A stretch of 64,000 bases of DNA from Camelus ferus (lineage: Eukaryota): contig NC_045696.1 of NCBI RefSeq assembly GCF_009834535.1, positions 99,078,001 through 99,142,000 on the forward strand, in the 5' to 3' direction. Below, piece by piece: positions 12,874-23,550 of this stretch. The translations under genes and the position numbers were made by a program. Numbering within the stretch: the first letter of the stretch is position 1; each line of letters begins with the position of its first letter. Under the pieces are notes generated by a model, which was not told where the DNA came from, did no database searches, and saw only the letters and a program-made list of their open reading frames with translations.

Positions 12874-13415
12874 CAGCAGCACTATTTACAATAGGCAAGA
12901 CATGGAAACAACCTAAATGTCCATCAACAGATCCCTGGATAAAGAAGCTGTGGTATATTTATACAGTGGAATACTACTCAGCCATAAAAAATAATAAAAA
13001 CAATGCCATCTGCAGCAATGTGGATCCAACTTGGAGACTGTCATTCTAAGTGAAGTAAACCAGAAAGAGAAAGAAAAATACCATATGATATTGCTTTAAA
13101 AATCTTTTTTAACAAAAGACAGAAATGAACTTATTTACACAACAGAAACAGACTCACAGACATAGAGAACAAACTTATGGTTACCAAGGAGGGAAGGGGG
13201 TGGGAAAGGATAAATTGGGAGTTCGAGATTTGCAGATACTAACTACTATATATAAAATAGATAAACAACAAGTTTATACTGCATAGCACAAGGAACTAAA
13301 TTCAATATCTTGTAGTAACTATAATGAAAAAGAATATGAAAATGAATGTATGTGTATATGTATGACTAAAACATGCTGGACACCAAGAGAAAAATAATTA
13401 ATTAAAAAAAAAAAC
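12874..13415 (+). mobile_element. younger 5'-truncated L1 3' end with TSD
   Basis: cagcagcactatttacaatag...cagactcacagacatagagaacaaacttatgg...A tail; TSD ctgtaagtca at 12864-12873 and 13416-13425. Confidence 0.95.
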
Positions 13416-13544
13416 CTGTAAGTCAGTGAAATTTGCCTTTCCATCTACTTGTTCTCCTTTTGGACTCTTCCTTCTCCCTAGTTGTATCTTCTGCCCTCCA
13501 CATGTCCAGTGCCCTCTTTAATTCCCAACCCCTTAAAGACTTTT

Positions 13545-13640
13545 ATTTCATTCGTTAACAAATATGGTGAGTCCCTGATACAGTCAAAGCACTGTGCTAC
13601 CTACAGGGAATAAAGAAATAATAACGGTAACTTCTACTAA
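13545..13640 (-). mobile_element. L2 3' terminus fragment
   Basis: ttcattcgttaacaaatatggtgagtccctga...aagcactgtgcta. Confidence 0.6.
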
Positions 13641-14460
13641 GAAATAAAAATGACGTCATCGTGGGTGGTACCCATTATCACGAGCCAGTCACCATCCTCG
13701 ATGCTGCACACAGAAGGCCGAGACAAGACATGAGGTACAGCGCTTGCCCGTGAGTGAGCGGAAACCGAGACCAAACCCTCAGCAGCCGGCCTATCCTGAC
13801 CCTCTCACTTCCCCTATTCTCTACTGATAACTTAATTCGGGGTTATCCAACACAGAAAAGGAGGCAATAAAACAGGAATGTGTTAAGAGCCATTTGTAGT
13901 TCAAGGCAGACAGGGACATCTGCGCGGGAGGGAGACGGCCGGGAAGCAATCAGGGGCACGTTTCAGGCATTTGTTTAGTGCAGCCCTCCGAACTGTGTTT
14001 TTTGAGAGCCACAGATTGTCAGGCAGTCTGTTAGTCTCCTGCCTTGAACCAGCACCGGGATGAGAATCAAACAAGCACTAGGATAACTCAGAGTTAGAAG
14101 GATCCCGCGTGTCATCTCAGGAATCCGACGGCTGAGTCGCGCCTTTGCGGTGCCTTGATCATCAACCGAACCTGCGACAGAGAAGGAGCGGCCAAAGGTC
14201 ACCAGGGAGAAGCACCTCCTTCTAGGACCACGGATTATCTCCAATGGTTACTACGGCTCTAAAGCAGGGTGGGGTGGGTAACGTTACGCTCAGTATAGAT
14301 GGAACTAAGCCTCACAAGTCATCCGACAAAGACAGGAGAGAGAATTCTGACTTAATTATCTCTGTCTTGAAAGCCTACGTTCTTTCGATTGTACCATGTC
14401 GTCTTATTATAATAGGAAACAATAAGGAATGTAAAATCTGCAGATCCCGGCTGTAGATTT
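13620..14460. promoter_or_regulatory. CpG-island-like putative promoter/regulatory region
   Basis: About 38 CpG in ~840 bp by hand count at roughly 50% GC in a CpG-depleted window; CRE atgacgtcat 13650-13659, CCAAT 14241-14245, GT-box gggtggggtggg 14267-14278. Confidence 0.65.
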
Positions 14461-14689
14461 TAGGGGACAGGAAGAACCCTTCTGACAGTGTCACTGGGGA
14501 AAACAGTATAGAGCACTTTAGAAAGAATGTTCTTGAGCCAAGATGCTGGTTGCAGAAACAGTAAATTGCATAGTTAAACTGAACTAACTGCTGTGTGCAG
14601 GGGAGAGGTGCTGGAAAATTGTACTGGAGCTAAAATGTAGACTCCAGAAACTAGAACCAGAGTTATCTTTGGGGCCCTGTGATTTCTAT

Positions 14690-14930
14690 TTGTTAACATT
14701 ACCAAGGGCATTGTTATGCACTGTTCTAACTGCTTAACATCTATTAATTCATTTAAACCTCACAACAACCCCATGACTCGGGGAAATGAGACGCATTCTC
14801 ATTTCACAGTTGAAAATACTGAATTGCAGAAAGGTTTAGTATCTTAGCCAAGGTCGCTCAGAGGTAGAGTCAAAATCTGAACTTAGTACCTCTGTTTCCA
14901 GAGCATACAGTCTTAAGCACACAGTATACG
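14690..14930 (-). mobile_element. MIR
   Basis: attaattcatttaaacctcacaacaacccc...catttcacagttgaaaatactgaa...ccaaggtcgc. Confidence 0.85.
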
Positions 14931-15428
14931 CCTGGATCTCAGAGAATGCTGTTCATGGTGAATGATTTATTGCTCATGACCATAAAAATTTAGAATCAAA
15001 TGTTAGTGAAGCCTGTATCTCAGCCAGTTCTACCATAAAGAACTACAATCTTTTCAACATATTTACTTCACACCTGCTATGCTCAAAGTACTGGGTACCA
15101 TCCATGCAGGCTTCCTAACCAAAGCCAGAAGAACACAGCCATGTGTTTGCAACCTAACCATCATGGTTGTTTCATGACTAAATCTACTGGATATCACTCA
15201 ACACTATTCAGCCAAAAGCAAAAAGAGTCAAGCATCTGACTGAATCAGATTACCAGTCAACAAAACAGAAATTCCATTTGAAAGCTATTAGTGTAAGATA
15301 GATGTTTGGTTGTTGGTGGGAAGTAAGAGAGAGGTCTTTGTGTCGTGACTTTTGTCAGTACATCTGTTTATGAAAATGACCACCATCCTGGCCCATGTTA
15401 CCCAGTCAAATTAGTCTAGACTCTAGAG

Positions 15429-15597
15429 CAATGTTTTTCAAGGCCACCTGTTTCACAATCACTGGGAGTAATTGTTTAAAATGCAGACTTGTGTACAATC
15501 CTGCAAGGTCAGAAACTTTTGCAATGGGACTTAGGGATCTGAATGTTTAACAAGCTCTCAGTACTTTGTATACTCTTGAAAGTTTGAGAACCACTAG
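15429..15597. mobile_element. MER5A-like MITE
   Basis: caatgtttttcaa...tttaaaatgcagac...tttaacaagctct...aaagtttgagaaccacta. Confidence 0.75.
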
Positions 15598-15676
15598 TGA
15601 GACAGAGGATGGGAAAGAGACTTTGTAATCACATTCAGAAAATGTTGAGGTCTGTAAAAGAGTAATTTGTACTAAA

Positions 15677-15862
15677 CTACAATATACAAAGTAGATAAAC
15701 AACAAAGTCCTACTGTATAGCACAGGGAAATATATTCAATAGCTTATAATAACCCATAATGAAAAAGAATATAAAAAAGAATATATATACACATATGTAA
15801 GTCCTAGGCTGTACACCAGAAACTAACACAACATTGTAAATCAAATATACTCTAATAAAAAA
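15677..15862 (+). mobile_element. younger 5'-truncated L1 3' end with TSD
   Basis: tagataaacaacaaagtcctactgtatagcacagggaa...aataaaaaaa; identical flanks aaaagagtaatttgtactaaa at 15656-15676 and 15863-15883. Confidence 0.95.
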
Positions 15863-16051
15863 AAAAGAGTAATTTGTACTAAAGGATAAATTCATGGGCT
15901 CTAAAATTAGAAATTTTAAGTTCATCTGCGCTCAGAATGTAGAACACCATATTTTAAAATACAAAAACATCATTGTACTTGGGAAAATTACAACAATGAA
16001 TAATTTAACTCTCTAAGATTATGCATTTAAATTCAGATTTCTAGAGAAATG

Positions 16052-16776
16052 TGTCAGAATTCCCTTCACTGCAACTAACAACAGTAAAGCCAAAGTGTTT
16101 TAGACAAATAACAATTTGTTTTTCTTGTATAATAGTAAGTCCAGAGACAGACAGCTGCAGGCAAAGGTCCAGAGCCTCAACTTTGCCATTGGGGAACTCC
16201 CTGACTTTCTGTTCCCCATTCTTAGCCTGGCACCTTATTGTCTCGTGATCACAAAATGGCAGCTTTTGCTCCAGCAAAGCATTAAAGTCAGAAGAAAGAA
16301 GAAAAGGAGGAAGGGCAATGCCAGTCATATTGGTGCCAATAGCCTCCCAGCAGGTATCTGCTTAAGTTTCATTTATCTGAGCTTAATCATAAGATCACAG
16401 TACCAGAGGCTGAAAAATGAGAAACAGAATAGTTATCATTGGTTTGGACCCAGAGTCAACAAACTACATTCCACTCCCATGGGGCAAATGTACCTGCCGT
16501 CTGTTTTTATAAATAAAGTTTTATTGGAACACCCACACACATCCTTTTTTACCTATCGGTGCTTTCATGCTACAAGAGCAAAATTGAGCAGTAATTGCAA
16601 GATAAATCTCTGGGCCCACAAAGCCTAAAATATTTATTATTTGACCCTTTAGGGAAAGTTTCCTGACTCTGGGTTTGGATCAATATGATCCAATACATGC
16701 ATCTGGGAACATCAGTGCATTAGGGGTTCTGGTGGCAGAAATAAATATTGAGCAGGCAATCCCAGTATTTGCCACC
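16052..16776 (-). mobile_element. MLT1 (K/L-type) LTR interrupted by MER58A
   Basis: tgtcagaattccc...aagtccagagacag...gatcacaaaatggcagc...ends gagcaggcaatcccagtatttgccac. Confidence 0.7.
16450..16672. mobile_element. MER58A hAT-Charlie MITE, complete with TIRs and 8 bp TSD
   Basis: TIRs ccagagtcaacaaac / gtttcctgactctgg (13/15 complementary); TSD gtttggac (16442-16449) / gtttggat (16673-16680); internal aaataaagttttattggaacac. Confidence 0.92.
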
Positions 16777-16809
16777 CTGTGTGTTCTCTAATAACATTCT
16801 TGTTAAATT

Positions 16810-16950
16810 GCCCCATCTGTAAAAAAGAAGTACTCTTTATAAAGTTGTATCTACCTTAAGTCCTTTTTAGTATTAATTGTTTAAAAAAAAAAGTGAAATA
16901 TTTAGAACAGTCCTACCATAAAAAAAAAAGGCTCAGTAATGCCGTTGGTG
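16810..16950 (+). mobile_element. MIR fragment
   Basis: cccatctgtaaaa...gtgaaatatttagaacagt...gctcagtaat. Confidence 0.55.
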
Positions 16951-19065
16951 CCACTATGTACATGACACATACTGCATTAGCCTTGCACTTTCTTGAACTG
17001 CCACCTGGATTGCCTTTGCCTTTAGCAATTATTGAGAGTCATTCTTATTTTAAAAATTGTAATTACAGGAGTTGGATTTGTCCAATAGCCTTTCTACTGG
17101 TGGATTACAGTAAGGTGGACTTGAAAGCACGTTCTAAATATGTTTGCACATAGCAACTGATTAATTTAAAATTCTAGATCCCACAAATCGACTTCAACAT
17201 ATTTATCAGATATTATTTATCATCAACTGCAAAAAAAACTCATCACTTGTTTCATACATACAATTACTAGAAATATTCTCTTAAAAAAATTAGTGTCTTA
17301 TGGGCCCTCTTCCTGGCATGCTGCTGTTTTCCAATGGGGTTCCAATCAGGCCTCATAAATACTTCATCAAGTCACACTTAGCCTTTAGAGTTAGCCTGAA
17401 AGTATTCTTTGCAAAAAGGTATTTAGGTACAAGATGCCAAAATGGCTGTGATATAATTTTTTGTATTTGCATAGATTCCTTATTCCTCATAGTCAGGGAA
17501 GAAATAATTATCTTAAATGTTACTTTCCTTATGAAATAAATTAAAATGTGTTACAATAGAACATTAAGAAAAGTTCTTTTTTATCAAGTATGAAAGCATA
17601 ATCACAGAAAGCTGGTCCACTGTATGATTTCTTCCAAACTACAATACTAAGTTTTGTATTAAAAAGACATGGAGATCTACTTTCACAACATAATTTGAAA
17701 CACAGAGAAAAAAATGTTACATGCTGAGCAATGAAATTGAATTTTTTTTGACTCTTAAAGGAGACCTATCCATTTCATTCAGGTCTTCCATATTTTTAAG
17801 TTAAAAAAATAGAAATCTACAAAATATTTCGGTAAACTCTGTGGAAGTCTGCAGGGGTCCAGGGACTGGAGTGACATTTTTTTTTCTTGCATTATGTGAA
17901 TAACTCATCGCCTGGCCCCATCCTTATTTAGCTCCAATGAAATTATAACAGAGAGACTTGTACAAAAGTAATTCTCTGTCTACTGCAATCTCTCATGCTG
18001 GATTTAGAATTATTAATCAAAATCCAGATGTTGAATATAGAAGACTAGAAAGCATGAGGCTTACAGCTAAGTATTTAGAGATGTCTTTCTTTGTACTGGG
18101 GAAAATTCTCTGTTATAAAGCAGGTGACATAAGAAGGCAACTTCATCAGTAAAAAATTGGCCTGAACAGAAAATTGTGACCTTAAAAAATATCACAATCA
18201 ACATTGACAGATGTCATCATAAATGCCATTGTTTGGGATATAACTCACTATACAGTTAAAAGAATTATGCTACTGGAGTATTTGCTCCATCACCGACCAA
18301 CAGAAGCCCTTAGGAATTCTAACATGCAGCAAAAAACTTAAAAGTGTTCCAAGATATTGTTTTTCATCGAGACATTTGTACCCTTTTTTCTAAAACTAGC
18401 TTTCTCCACAATGTTGCTCTCATCAGTTTGCATCTCTTTGGGTCTGTGAATCTGACCATGATCTGCAGGCTGGTAGAGTCCACAGTTTCACTGAAAGACT
18501 CTGTTATTCTTTTGTAAATACTTACATATGTAAGCATTGCAATTTCGATACCTAGGGAAAGGTTTATGCTAAATCATAAAACAGGTTCTTCTAGAAGGAG
18601 AGCAACATCTCACCATCATTTTGGAATGTTTTCTCCACTAGCTTGATTAACCCTCCCCAGGGCTTCCAGTGGCTTTCTGCTTCCCAAGACCTCCTCTGTG
18701 GTACCCAGTCTACAACTTCTCTTCCTGAAATTTCCCCTGCTCTGGACGTTTATTTCATCCCTTTCCTTTTCTACTCCAATCGGCATCTTGCAAAGTGAGC
18801 CCTTGGACTACATCCAATTATATATCTTTAATTCATTTATAAATCATTGATTTGTGCCTCCCACAACAAAGTGATTAGCCTTCATGTGTTTTCTTTCCCA
18901 ATGGCATTTCAAGTTTGATTAAGTTCATAACCCAAATAAGAAGTCTCTAACAGTACAATGCCAGATATTGATAAAAGTGAGTGAGCAAGATATACTGAGG
19001 CAGGAAAACCTTCTTGACAATAATCAATGAGAGCTGTGTAATCCAGCTATATTTAAAACTAGCCT

Positions 19066-19265
19066 TTTTAAAAAACAAGCTTTATTGAGGTGTTATTTAC
19101 ATACCGTGACATTTACCCATTTTAACTGAACATTCCAATGACTTTTAGTCAATTTACCAAGTTGTGCAACAATCATCACAATCCAACCCTCACAGCAACG
19201 TTATTCACAAAAGCCAAAAAGTAGGAACGAGTCAAATGCCCATCAATAAGCAAATGGACAAATGA
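19066..19265 (-). mobile_element. L1MB-type 3' end (minus) abutting an oppositely oriented L1 fragment
   Basis: 19066-19186 agctttattgagg...aagttgtgcaacaatcatcacaatc (antisense 3' end); 19189-19265 cacagcaacgttattcacaaaagccaaaaagtagg...caaatgcccatcaa (sense). Confidence 0.8.
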
Positions 19266-21013
19266 GCAAACAGAACCTGCTCTTTTTAATGAGATCACTG
19301 CAGGTTTCATAAAACCTTAAATCTGATGGATATCATGTACTTACTTATCCTTAGGTTTGGAAAAAAATTGTTTAAATGGTTTGAAATCCTCCTCATTGGG
19401 AGTAAAATGTTTATCCTTTAAGAAAAAGACAAGGTTTGCAATGTTAAATATCACTGAAAAGTGGCAAAAGATCATTTCACCAACTACATTTCTACTACTT
19501 TCATTTTTGGAATGAATGTGTTATTTATTATATTATGTAAATAAGATGGTTTGTTGTTTCACTGAGCATCAACCCTATAACCCAGAATAAGACTCTAAAA
19601 CATTGATTTCTTCCAAAGCCATGTCATAAATGGTTCCAAAAATACAGGACCCATCTATGTGGTCATCCAATTATTTCTAGACAGAATGCTATTTATGCTT
19701 TGAAAACTTAAATGACTCATAGTTGGCAAAGAAAGAGATGATGGAAATAAATGTAGCACTGGAAAATCGTTTTATGTGTCTTCTAGGATCAAATTCTAAT
19801 AAATTACTGTAATTTGAGTGCTACTAGTCCCACTCTGGGAAAATCCTATTCACCAAAATCTGACCAAATTTTGGCTAGGAAGAAAGCTTTTATTGGATGC
19901 AATCTGGGCCTTTCCATTAGAAAGAAACAAAGATGACAAAGACTGCAATTGTTATATTCTCCGCTTCTCCCACATCCAAAAATACATGTCAGATAGCTTA
20001 CATTAAAGAAGAAAAACCCACAGGAAAACACATCTACCTCGACATGACATGACTCATGTCTCTGCTATCTCTTGACTGAAAACCAGATGAGTCAAAAACT
20101 GAGTTTAATGTTCTTTATATTCTTCATTGTAAATTTTATATCTTCTCAAAACTCTCCTCTGTGTATGTTGGTCAGCATTTTGTTGTGTTTACCATGACTA
20201 AACCTAAGGCAAGTCTACTCTTGTCAGGGAATGACTTTACTTTTAACCACTTGAAATCTTGCTATCTGATTTACCTCTCTAAGAAATTATTTGATCAAAT
20301 TTTTTGGTGAAGACTCAATCACTATTTGCAAAAACAATCCTGCCCCTCCCTAATGTCAGTGGGTGCTTTTCACTAGAAATTGTATTACTTCAAAAAAAAA
20401 AAAAAGAAATTACATTACTAAAGTGTGGTTTGCAGAGAATTTTATCGCTAGCTTGTTAATATATCCTGTCTCCATGTGAGCACAGCAAAACTATTAACAT
20501 TATGGATATCTAAAGAAACAAAAAGGTATCACGCTCCTCTCAAAATGTAATGCCTGGTAGTTAATCCACTCCCCTCGCCATTTGTATCAGATTCCCAACA
20601 AATTTTTTACAGTTCACCGATCAATTCTGAAGATTAATCTGGTTAATCTCAGGTCCCAGTCTCTCCCAAGATCATAATTTTATAAAAGTCACAAGGTAAA
20701 TAGACCAGTCAGACTCCTGGAAATCCCACCACCCCTGCACCATCCACTTGTAGTAAAGGTTCCAGATGGGCCAAGGCTGGAGGCTGTAGGCACATTTCTC
20801 CTTGACTGTCTCCCAGTGGCTGACCACACGGATACACATGACAGTCAACACCCATGCCCTCCCCTCCTCTCAAGGGAGACTTGAGGATATGCGCTTTCAC
20901 AATGTAGAAAAGCCATCTCTGTTTAATTTACCAAAGAGCAGGAAGAATGACATCAAAACTGACCTAGACTATGATTAATTTATGTCAAACAAACACATTA
21001 TGATAAAACAATG

Positions 21014-21325
21014 CCCCCTTTCTCTTGAGAACAGAGAAGGTTTGAAAGTGGAGTTAATAAGCCATCATGTCTTGTGATAAAGCATTCATAAACTCCTCTA
21101 GTATAAGATGGGAGAGCATCCAGGTTGGTGAACACATCCACACCAGGAGAACGAGGCACTCCAATTCCGTGGAAACAGAAGCGCTGCTCTTGGGACCCTC
21201 CTGGACTTTGTCTATGTATCTCTTCATCTGGCTGTTCATCTGTACCCTCTACCATATCCTTTAATAAACAGGTAAACATAAGTGAGTCTATCCCTGAGTT
21301 CTGTGAACCACTCTCAACCTTTGAA
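21014..21325 (+). mobile_element. MER21-like ERVL LTR fragment
   Basis: gagagcatccaggttggtgaacacatc...tatgtatctcttcatctggctgttcatctgtacc...ctttaataaacaggtaaacataagtgagt..tccctgagttctgtga. Confidence 0.8.
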
Positions 21326-21984
21326 TGACATTGTTACCAGATCCTGCAATATCATCAAATTCCTATCAACGTAAAGTTCTTTCAAATTAGCCCAATAATT
21401 GACAGGAAAAAGAAAACCCTGCTATGAAAAAAAAAAAAGTGGTTGCTGTAAATGTCTATTGAATGCTATTTCTGCCTTTAGGTGCCTAGCGAATACTACT
21501 GCACCCATTCTGGTTTTGGTAGCAATGTGAGGTAATGTAAGAGACTGACTCGCAGTTATCCTATCTCCTTATGCTCATAACTTAACTCAGCTTTAAAGTA
21601 CACCATGTTTCTTCTTTAGAGAATAATAACTCTAAAGTTTTTCCTAAATAACCACTTTTTTAAAAATCTTTTGGTAAACATCAAAAATTCACATTAGAAA
21701 GTATAGAATAACAGAATCATAGAAAATTGACCATAATACCCTATGATGTGTGCATATTGTATATATAGAATCAATGGAATTTCTAGAGAAGCTCATTTTA
21801 TATTGTTTGGTGATTTTTATACCACTTTCCCTTTTTATACTAAAAATGATTTTCATAAAATGATACTGTGTGGGAAAGATGATTCTGAGTCCCTGTCATT
21901 TGGCCCATTCCTTAAATTATGTTTCTCCTAGCTGTGTTAGGTTTCCTGAGTGATCTTGTGCCCAGTGGCAAACATGCCTTTTAA

Positions 21985-22130
21985 CCAGTTATTATGCATA
22001 AGAATATTCATTGGGCATCAGTTGTATGTGAAAAACAGTGCCAAGTGTTGGGCAGGACACAAAGATAAAACATTTTCCGTGCCACTAAGAAACCTAAAAT
22101 CTCTTAAGGGAGATGAGAAGGTGTCCAGAT
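21985..22130 (-). mobile_element. L2 3' fragment
   Basis: aatattcattgggcatcagttgtatgtg...gtgccaagtgttggg. Confidence 0.5.
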
Positions 22131-22782
22131 AAAGTCCAGACAAGGTATTTTGTGAGAGACACCATGCAAGTAGGATAAACCAGAGCCCCGAGAGTTCCGA
22201 AGGGAACTATTATTGCTCCTGGAAGAGAATGCTGAATCTTACATTTGTCTGTGTAAATTCCTATAGGGATGCGATTGATGTTCAAAATTAGCACCCATTA
22301 AGTAATGGGAATACAAATGGAAAAAAAATTAACTCAAGGATCTCTTAAGAGTTACAGATGCCTATTTGATTTTCAGGCTTCAAAAATCAGAGGCTTTATA
22401 ACTTCCACTTATCCTTAGTCCTAGGATATAAGCAAACGTATAACAACCAAGTCTTCACCTTGCCAGGTTGATTTCAGTTATCGGAATGTAAATCTAAAAC
22501 TGGAATTTCTGCAGAAGTGGAAAACAACCAGGCAGCGTCCTAAAACAGCCTTCTCTTCTGTGTCTAAACTGCCCTTACTCTCAGCTTATCTCCAGAGAGC
22601 TGATTCTCTATTTAATTACTGTTGTCATCTTCCCTAAACTACTTTCTTAAATTTCCTTATAGCCCTCTTAAAATTCAGTGACTAAACGTAATATATTAAA
22701 ATTCTAATAAGAGCCTCTCTGTGCCTACTGGAAAAATCATTATAAAAGTACAGTGCTTACAGTTTTTTAAAACTGCATTTGC

Positions 22783-23118
22783 AGACATATGAACTCATTT
22801 ACAAAACAGAAACAGACTCACCGACGTAGAAAACAAGCCTATGGTTACCAGGTGGGGGGGGGGTAGGAAGGGATAAATTGGGAGTATGAGATTTGTGGAT
22901 ACTAACTAATATATATAAAATAGATAAACAACAGCTTTCTACTTTACAGCACAGGGAACTATATCCAATATCTTGTAGTAACCTATAATGAGAAAGAACA
23001 TGAAAATGAATATATGTGTATGTGTATAACTGAACCATTATGCTGTACACCAGAAATTGATACATTGTAAACTGACTATACTTCAATTAAACAAATTATA
23101 TTAAATTAAAATTTTTTT
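22783..23118 (+). mobile_element. younger 5'-truncated L1 3' end with TSD
   Basis: tgaactcatttacaaaacagaaacagactcac...tgtaaactgactatacttcaatt; TSD aactgcatttgc at 22771-22782 and 23119-23130. Confidence 0.95.
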
Positions 23119-23130
23119 AACTGCATTTGC

Positions 23131-23550
23131 CTTTTAACTCTTGGTGGTATGTCCCATAGAAATCCTCATTTATGGACAAAAATGTTTATTTATGGTATTT
23201 TTATAATATTAAATTTTTTCAGTATGTAGCAATAAGAAAATAATTAATGTGCTGTATGCCTGTTTAAAAATAATAAGATAATTCTATATAGGGTGACATG
23301 GAAAGATCTTCAAGACATAGAAAAATGTGCATATCTTATAGAGTTATATGTTTGTATACATATGCATACAAAAGGCCTGTGGGACACTTACCAACCTGCT
23401 AACATTGCTTTTCTGTGCAGAGGAGAGTGGATTAAGAAAGAAGGTGAAAAGTGACTCATTTTTACTTTAATATTTGTGTAATGTTTGACCATTTAACACC
23501 AAGCATATATTCATTGTCATATTTTAAATACACACACTTAAAAAACTTCA
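23131..23550 (+). mobile_element. old L1ME 3' region (host of the younger L1)
   Basis: tgacatggaaagatcttcaagacata...ttactttaatatttgtgtaatgtttga...aagcatatattcatt. Confidence 0.6.

Noticed and set aside
16116..16628. Longest ORF (170 aa) with a basic RRKKKRRK stretch
   Set aside because: Runs across an antisense MLT1 LTR and into MER58A; a chance open frame
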